DNA of 64,000 nt from Candidatus Rifleibacteriota bacterium (GTDB lineage Bacteria > Muiribacteriota > Ozemobacteria > Ozemobacterales > Ozemobacteraceae), in the NCBI GenBank assembly GCA_024710355.1, contig JANJUX010000055.1, forward strand, positions 34,248-98,247, written 5' to 3'. This document shows, piece by piece, positions 58,161 to 64,000 of this stretch. Under the pieces are notes generated by a model. That model searched no databases. It had not been told where the DNA came from and saw nothing but the letters and a program-made list of their open reading frames with translations. The number at the start of each line of letters is the position of its first letter. Position 1 is the first letter of the stretch. Both the position numbers and the translations under genes were made by a program.

Positions 58161-59177
58161 ATGCGTCGACTCGGGATCTTTTTCATCTGCTGCACAGTTT
58201 TGATCATTGCCGTCGCTTTATCTCTCAATCTGGGCAATTTTCGTATTCCTGTGGCTCAGGTTTTCAGGATCATTTCGGCAAAACTTTTTAATACGGCGAT
58301 GCCCGAAATCGAAAAATACCAGGATGTCGTGCTGCTTTCGCTCAGATTGCCGCGCATAATCATGGTTCTGCTGATCGGGTCGTCGCTTGGTATTTCTGGA
58401 GCGGTTTCGCAGGGGATTTTCCGCAACCCGCTCGTCAGCCCGTTCATTCTCGGCATTTCATCCGGGGCCTCTTTTGGTGCCGGCGTGGCAATGATATTCT
58501 TTTCGGGCCTGCCATTCATGGTTGACCTGGGCGCTGCAATTGGCGGCTTCGGGGCCGTGCTGGCGGCATTTTTGATCGCCCGCAGTCCCGGTGGTTTCAC
58601 GCCGCGCCTCTCGCTTGTTCTCAGCGGCGTCATTGTCTCGTCTTTTTTCACCTCGATGGTTGGCATTATTAAATACCTCGCCGACAGCGACTCGCAGCTG
58701 CCGGCGCTGACTTTCTGGATGATGGGCAGCTTCGCCTCGATCGACTGGGCCAGTCTCGACCCGGTCATCTACATAATTCCGCTGTGCATGCTGCCGATGG
58801 TGATTTTTTCGTGGTATCTCAACATTCTTTCGCTGGGCGATCGCGAAGCCATGCTGCTCGGCATGAATGTCGAAAGATGGAAAATGTTTTTCATCGCTCT
58901 GGTGGTTATCGCGATTGGCTCCGGCGTCGCCCGTTGTGGCGTCATCGGCTGGGTCGGGCTCGTCATTCCGCATATCGCCAGGGCGATCAGTGGCCCGAAT
59001 CACAGAGATGTCGTGCCGTTGTCGGCGTTTCTCGGGGCGATCTTTCTGCTGATTGCCGATAATCTGGCGCGTTCAGCGACTTCGGGCGAAATTCCGGTCG
59101 GCATCGTCACCGCCATTATCGGCACGCCCTTCTTCGTCTACTTTCTGCGCAAACGCGAGGTGGCCCTATGGAACTGA
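58161..59177 (+). CDS. FecCD-family iron-siderophore/cobalamin ABC permease
   Basis: About 9-10 TM helices with FecCD signature regions (GxxLGxxGAxSQGxFRNPLVSP...). Confidence 0.85.
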   Translation: MRRLGIFFICCTVLIIAVALSLNLGNFRIPVAQVFRIISAKLFNTAMPEIEKYQDVVLLSLRLPRIIMVLLIGSSLGISGAVSQGIFRNPLVSPFILGISSGASFGAGVAMIFFSGLPFMVDLGAAIGGFGAVLAAFLIARSPGGFTPRLSLVLSGVIVSSFFTSMVGIIKYLADSDSQLPALTFWMMGSFASIDWASLDPVIYIIPLCMLPMVIFSWYLNILSLGDREAMLLGMNVERWKMFFIALVVIAIGSGVARCGVIGWVGLVIPHIARAISGPNHRDVVPLSAFLGAIFLLIADNLARSATSGEIPVGIVTAIIGTPFFVYFLRKREVALWN

Positions 59178-59962
59178 ATCGCCCGGCGATCAGCCTCGAA
59201 GACCTGCATTTTTCATACATTTCTGACCAGCCGGTACTGAAGGGCATAAATCTGAGCGTCAAAGTCGGGGAAAAAGTCGCCGTGCTCGGGCGCAATGGCG
59301 CGGGCAAGACCACTCTTTTCAGCATTCTGTCAGGCATAAACCATGGCTATCAGGGAAAAGTGACCCTTGCCGGGCGCGAACTCAAACAGATGAGCCGGGC
59401 CGGGATTTCGCAGCAGGTGGCGCTGGTGCCGCAGAAGCACGAGCCGCTTTTTCCCTATCTGACCAGAGATTTTATTCTGATGGGGCGCTTCTGCAGCATG
59501 GGCCTGTTCGGCTCACCGGGCAGCGAAGACCTGAAAATTGTCGAGGAAGCAGCCGCCGAGACCGGTGCGGCGCCTTTTCTCGATCGGCCATACTCAACCC
59601 TGTCGGGCGGCGAAATGCAGCTGGTGCTGATTGCCAGAGCCCTGGCGCAGCAGTCTGAGATTCTCGTGCTTGATGAGCCGAACACGCATCTCGATTACCG
59701 CAATCGCTTTCTCGTGCTAGATCTGGTGCGCAAACTCGCTGAGGCCCGGCAGATGACGCTGATCATGTCGCTGCATGACCCGAACGACGTCATTCAATTT
59801 GCCGAACGGGTTGTCGTGATGCACGAAGGGCGCATCGTGGCCGATGGCCGGCCGGTTGAGGTTATCGATGAGGCGCTGCTGGCTGAATATTTCGGAATCA
59901 GGGCGGTGGCAATGAAAAATGCTGCCGGCAATCTGATCTTTAAGGCAGTCGAGGCCCTTTGA
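59168..59962 (+). CDS. ABC transporter ATP-binding protein (FecE/BtuD-type)
   Basis: Walker A GRNGAGKTT, signature LSGGEMQLVLIARAL and Walker B ILVLDEPN. Overlaps the permease gene. Confidence 0.85.
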   Translation: MELNRPAISLEDLHFSYISDQPVLKGINLSVKVGEKVAVLGRNGAGKTTLFSILSGINHGYQGKVTLAGRELKQMSRAGISQQVALVPQKHEPLFPYLTRDFILMGRFCSMGLFGSPGSEDLKIVEEAAAETGAAPFLDRPYSTLSGGEMQLVLIARALAQQSEILVLDEPNTHLDYRNRFLVLDLVRKLAEARQMTLIMSLHDPNDVIQFAERVVVMHEGRIVADGRPVEVIDEALLAEYFGIRAVAMKNAAGNLIFKAVEAL

Positions 59963-59992
59963 GGGCTGATTTAAATTTCTTGAGGAAATATC

Positions 59993-60850
59993 ATGACGGG
60001 TTTTTCTGTAAACATCGACTGGGAAGCAATCTATAATCAGCCATGGGTGAGCAGTTCAGGCGGCGCCGGCGTCAAGGCGACTGCCGAATACTGGAGCAGC
60101 AGAGCCGAAGGGTTCGCCAGAAAGGCGCATCACCCGAAAAACCGCCAGAACTCGGAGCAACTGCTCGATCGTTTCGTCTGGTCGAAAAGTGAAACGGTTC
60201 TCGACATCGGGGCCGGCCCGGGAAGCTACGCTGTTCCTCTCGCGAAGAGGGTCGGCAGCGTTACGGCTCTCGACGTGTCGGCCGGTATGCTCGACCAGTT
60301 GCAGCAGTGGGCCAGAGTCGAGGGTGTCAGCAATATCACCACGATTACCGATTCATGGCTCGGGGTGCCTGAAGAGCAGGTCAGCGGCTTCGATACGCTG
60401 ATATGTTTCAATGCGCTTGGCTGCGCTGCGCTGCTCGAAGACGGAACCTGCCACATGGGCCGGGCACTCGCAAAAATGGCCGGGGCGGCCAGACGGGGTT
60501 TTACTCTCGTTCCGCTCGCCGACCTGCCGGTCGACAGGCCCATGCTGCAGGCGCTTGAGATGCCATTTACCGCCAGCCGGCGTGAAAGGGTTGCCCTGCT
60601 GTTTCATATCATGGTCAAAGCGGGACTGCTTCCCGATGTCGAAATTCTCGCGCGCCCGTTTTTCTGGGCTTTCGAAAGTCTCGAAGAGGGCGTTGAACTG
60701 CTCGCCGCGCGCATCGGCATTCAGGATGATGGCCACCGCCGTTCCCTGCTCTTAAAATATCTTGAGACCCAGGTAGAAAAGGTCGACAGCACCCTGATTC
60801 TGCAATACCCGGTGCACCAGGCCCTGTTCAAGTGGCAAAAGGAAGAATAG
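59993..60850 (+). CDS. class I SAM-dependent methyltransferase
   Basis: VLDIGAGPGSYAVPLA motif I and LDVSAGML post-I. Confidence 0.75.
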   Translation: MTGFSVNIDWEAIYNQPWVSSSGGAGVKATAEYWSSRAEGFARKAHHPKNRQNSEQLLDRFVWSKSETVLDIGAGPGSYAVPLAKRVGSVTALDVSAGMLDQLQQWARVEGVSNITTITDSWLGVPEEQVSGFDTLICFNALGCAALLEDGTCHMGRALAKMAGAARRGFTLVPLADLPVDRPMLQALEMPFTASRRERVALLFHIMVKAGLLPDVEILARPFFWAFESLEEGVELLAARIGIQDDGHRRSLLLKYLETQVEKVDSTLILQYPVHQALFKWQKEE

Positions 60851-60977
60851 CTCGGCTCTGATCGCTGTTCATATTGTCAGCTTTCACATACTTTTAATAT
60901 GCGGCCTATGATCGGGGTAGGTGAGCGGGCAATACGGCTGTAGACAAATCACAGCCGGTGCATTAGAATCTGTGGAT

Positions 60978-62012
60978 ATGCCGAAACAGATCAGTTCAGC
61001 TGCAAAAAACACTCCACAACTTGCCGACCTCGCTCTCAGTCTGGTGCGCATTCCCTCAGAAAGCGGCCACGAAGCCGAAGTCGCCCGCTTCATCGAAGCA
61101 CTGGCGGTGAGCCACGGCTTTGTCTGTGAGCACATTGTGGTTGAAGAAAACCGCTGGAACCTTCTCATCACAACGGGCAGATACCCCCAGACGCTGCTCA
61201 CCACGCACATCGATACCGTGCCGGGCGGGCCCGCGCCGCGCATCGAAAACGGTATTCTGTGGGGCCGCGGCTCCTGTGATGCCAAGGGAATCGCCGCCGC
61301 CATGTTCTGTGCCCTGTGCGATCTGCGAAGTGCCGGCCGGCTCGATGTCGGGCTGCTTCTTGTCGTGGGCGAAGAAACCCGCAGCGACGGCGCCAAAGCT
61401 GCCGCAAAAAAGCTGGCCCCGGTAAAACGTTTTATCAACGGTGAACCCACCGAACTTCAGTTCGTTTCGGGGCAGAAGGGCGTGCTCAAATTTTCTCTCA
61501 GAACCACTGGAAAATGCGCCCATTCCGGCTACCCGGAGCTTGGCCACTCTGCCATTCATACACTTCTCGATGTTCTGCAGAAACTGCTCGCCGAGGCGTG
61601 GCCCTGCGACGCGCGCCTGGGCAAAACACTCGTCAATGTCGGTGTCATTGAAGGCGGCATTGCAGCCAACGTGACGGCACCGAGCGCCGGTGCGCAGATC
61701 ATAATGCGGCTTGCCGCAAGTGCCGAACAGACCGAAGAGCGGGTGCGCAGCCTGTTGCCACCCAATGTTACTATTGATATCGAGTCCATATCACACCCGC
61801 AGTTTCTGAACGTGCCCCCAGGCGAAAAAAGCATTGTGGTGGGCTACGGTTCAGATGTTCCGCATCTGCGCCCGCTGGGCGAGCCACTGATGTATGGCCC
61901 GGGCAGCATCCATGTGGCGCATACCGATCACGAGCACGTTTCCCTGGCAGACCTGGAAACGGCGCGACAAAAATACATTCAACTCTGCCTCGAAGAAAGC
62001 GCAATATCATGA
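60978..62012 (+). CDS. dapE: M20-family metallohydrolase, probable succinyl-diaminopimelate desuccinylase / ArgE-like
   Basis: [15 protein letters not shown] and VGEE metal-ligand motifs. Lies immediately upstream of and overlapping dapD. Confidence 0.6.
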   Translation: MPKQISSAAKNTPQLADLALSLVRIPSESGHEAEVARFIEALAVSHGFVCEHIVVEENRWNLLITTGRYPQTLLTTHIDTVPGGPAPRIENGILWGRGSCDAKGIAAAMFCALCDLRSAGRLDVGLLLVVGEETRSDGAKAAAKKLAPVKRFINGEPTELQFVSGQKGVLKFSLRTTGKCAHSGYPELGHSAIHTLLDVLQKLLAEAWPCDARLGKTLVNVGVIEGGIAANVTAPSAGAQIIMRLAASAEQTEERVRSLLPPNVTIDIESISHPQFLNVPPGEKSIVVGYGSDVPHLRPLGEPLMYGPGSIHVAHTDHEHVSLADLETARQKYIQLCLEESAIS

Positions 62013-62860
62013 AAAATTCTCTGCAGTCTAAAATCGAAACCGCCGTACAGGTCGGTTCAACCCTTTCCGATGCCGAAAAAAGATCCGTATTTCTCGAACT
62101 CCGCAGTGCCCTCGAAAGCGGCGAAGTTCGCTCGGCCGAGTGCGTAAACGGCATCTGGCAGGCAAACGCCTTTGTGAAACAGGGAATTCTGCTAGGTTTC
62201 CGTATCGGGGTTATGCAGCAGTTCGCTGATATTTCCGGTCTCGGGAGCTTTCTCGACAAAGACACCGTGCCGCCCCGCCAGTTTGCAACTGATGAAGGCG
62301 TGCGCGTCGTGCCGGGCGGCAGCAGTGTGCGCCGAGGCTCGTTTGTCGCCAGGGGTGTAACCATCATGCCGCCGGCATTCATCAACATTGGCGCCTACGT
62401 CGATGCCGATACCATGGTTGATTCACACGCCCTGGTCGGCAGTTGTGCGCAGATCGGCAAGCGCGTTCACCTTTCGGCGGCCGCCCAGATCGGCGGCGTT
62501 CTCGAGCCCGTTGGCGCGCTTCCTGTCATTATCGAGGATGATGTCATGGTGGGCGGCAACTGCGGCGTCTACGAGGGTGTAATCGTGCGTGCTGGCGTTG
62601 TTCTTGCATCAGGCACGATTCTCAACGCATCCACCGCCGTTTACGATCTGGTGAACGAAAAGGTTTACCGCGCCAGCGAAAACGCGCCGCTCGAAATTCC
62701 CGCCGGCGCTGTGGTGATACCCGGCGTGCGTATGGCCAAGGGCAAATTTGCCCAGGAAAACGGCCTCGGCATTATGAGCCCGATGATCGTTAAATACCGC
62801 GACGCCAAAACCAACGCCCGCACCGCTCTCGAAGTAGCGCTTCGCCATGCTGCCGACTGA
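62009..62860 (+). CDS. dapD: 2,3,4,5-tetrahydropyridine-2,6-dicarboxylate N-succinyltransferase
   Basis: Left-handed beta-helix hexapeptide repeats with N- and C-terminal DapD-specific segments ([18 protein letters not shown]..., ...[15 protein letters not shown]). Confidence 0.8.
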   Translation: MKNSLQSKIETAVQVGSTLSDAEKRSVFLELRSALESGEVRSAECVNGIWQANAFVKQGILLGFRIGVMQQFADISGLGSFLDKDTVPPRQFATDEGVRVVPGGSSVRRGSFVARGVTIMPPAFINIGAYVDADTMVDSHALVGSCAQIGKRVHLSAAAQIGGVLEPVGALPVIIEDDVMVGGNCGVYEGVIVRAGVVLASGTILNASTAVYDLVNEKVYRASENAPLEIPAGAVVIPGVRMAKGKFAQENGLGIMSPMIVKYRDAKTNARTALEVALRHAAD

Positions 62861-64000
62861 TGCCTTTTCGATGCGCATTGGCACGATGCGCCAGTCGCTC
62901 ATTCGCAAAGTTTTCGACTGCAAGAAAAGCACTTCCATCAATCTTGGCCTCGGGCAGCCCTCAGAAAATGTACCAGCCGAAATTATCGATGAAGGCATGC
63001 GGCGCCTGAAGCAGGGTGACATGGGCTACACGGCGAATGCCGGCATGCTGTCGCTGCGCGATATAATCGCCCGTTCGCACAACCTGCCTTTTGCCGGTTC
63101 CGCCGAAAATGTTGTCGTCACCTGCGGTGCCCAGGAAGCGATTCTGGCAGCCATGGCCGCCTGTCTCGATGCGGGCGACGAAGTGATTGTCGGCGATCCG
63201 GCGTTTCCCGGCTACGCCATGGCGGCTGAATTTCTCGGTGCACGCGTCGTTACGGCGCCGCGTTTTGAAGCTGAAGGTTTTCGCCTGAATACCGCGGCGC
63301 TTGCCGAAAAAATCACCTCGCGCACACGCCTGGTGGTTCTGAATTCCCCCGGCAATCCAACCGGCAAGTGCGATGCCGAAGCCGAGCTTAAGACCCTTGC
63401 CGAACTCGCCGACCGGCACAATTTTTACATTTTATCCGACGAAATTTACTCTGACATTCTCTATATCCCGAGCGCGATGCCTTCGGCCACGCAGTTTTCG
63501 AGCCGCGCCATTCTGGTGAGCGGCCTTTCGAAAAACGTCGCCATGACCGGTTTCCGCCTGGGTTACCTGATTGCTCCCAATAAGCTGGCCGGGTCGCTTA
63601 CGCGTTCGCATGCCGTTCTCACCACCTGTGCGCCCACGCTTTCACAATACATGGCCGCGTATGTTTTTGAGAACCCGCGGCTGCGAAAAGTGCATCTGCC
63701 GCTTTACACCGAGCGCCGTGCGAATGCCATAAACGCTCTGAACGCCAATTTGCCGCACCTGCCTCACACAACGCCCGATGGTGCCTTCTACATTCTGCTC
63801 AACTGCGCCGGGTTCACCAGCGACTCACTCGATCTTGCCCTGAAGATTCTCGAGCAGACCGACGTTCTCACGACGCCCGGCCTGGCTTTCGGCGAAAGCA
63901 CGCGCCAGTGGCTGCGCCTCTCTTTTGCCGGCACGCCCGCAAATTTTACCACCGGCATCGAGCGCCTGGCCCCGTTCTTTAAAAATCAGACCGCCGCCTG
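62847..64000 (+). CDS. PLP-dependent class I aminotransferase (DapC/AspC-like), 3' partial at window end
   Basis: [24 protein letters not shown]..., NSPGNPTG, and SKN...G Lys region. Overlaps the dapD end by 14 nt. Absent from the supplied track because it has no stop codon in the window. Confidence 0.75.
   Translation, partial: MLPTDAFSMRIGTMRQSLIRKVFDCKKSTSINLGLGQPSENVPAEIIDEGMRRLKQGDMGYTANAGMLSLRDIIARSHNLPFAGSAENVVVTCGAQEAILAAMAACLDAGDEVIVGDPAFPGYAMAAEFLGARVVTAPRFEAEGFRLNTAALAEKITSRTRLVVLNSPGNPTGKCDAEAELKTLAELADRHNFYILSDEIYSDILYIPSAMPSATQFSSRAILVSGLSKNVAMTGFRLGYLIAPNKLAGSLTRSHAVLTTCAPTLSQYMAAYVFENPRLRKVHLPLYTERRANAINALNANLPHLPHTTPDGAFYILLNCAGFTSDSLDLALKILEQTDVLTTPGLAFGESTRQWLRLSFAGTPANFTTGIERLAPFFKNQTAA

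Overview
This is a GC-rich bacterial chromosomal window with dense coding on both strands and about 50 protein-coding genes. I did not recognise any rRNA, tRNA or CRISPR array. The main blocks, in order, are these. (i) A PUFA-synthase-like secondary-lipid locus on the minus strand at 1-7083. It runs PfaD-type enoyl reductase, Sfp-type PPTase, a secreted eukaryote-type protein-arginine deiminase (PAD) homolog, a cupin protein, and the KS-AT start of a PfaA-like type I PKS that runs off the window edge. (ii) Housekeeping and accessory genes: cvfB, two methyltransferases, a secretin-N-domain lipoprotein, MscS, a Uma2 nuclease, a cation/proton antiporter and proline dehydrogenase. (iii) A clearly lower-GC island of about 7.6 kb at roughly 15.1-22.8 kb. 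It holds a frameshifted Rpn-family PD-(D/E)XK nuclease, two convergently oriented paralogous HEAT-repeat membrane proteins (916 and 781 aa) and a vapBC toxin-antitoxin pair. (iv) A block of secreted and membrane proteins of unknown function at 22.8-32.2 kb: a coiled-coil protein with an HEXXH zinc-peptidase motif, a small secreted protein, a membrane TPR-like protein, a 1095-aa coiled-coil protein with a C-terminal PKD domain, and a convergent membrane protein with two Tim44-like domains, zinc ribbons and a TerB domain. (v) A hybrid PAS-GAF sensor kinase divergent from a CPD photolyase. (vi) A GntR plus ABC-2 transporter operon, a flavoprotein, an AAA/DUF4143 ATPase, and an orphan GspE/PilB-like ATPase preceded by a near-perfect 32-bp palindrome. 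(vii) An FtsX-ABC-FtsX (LolCDE-like) transporter. (viii) A DUF364 / ABC-ATPase-like / HypB-like GTPase operon placed divergently from exbB-exbD-tonB, followed by a TonB-dependent receptor, a FecBCD-type ABC importer, a methyltransferase and a dapE-dapD-aminotransferase cluster. The candidates I rank highest for novelty are the PAD-containing PUFA-synthase-like locus, the low-GC HEAT-repeat paralog island, the secreted coiled-coil/PKD/Tim44-TerB gene block and the DUF364-GTPase metal-handling operon.
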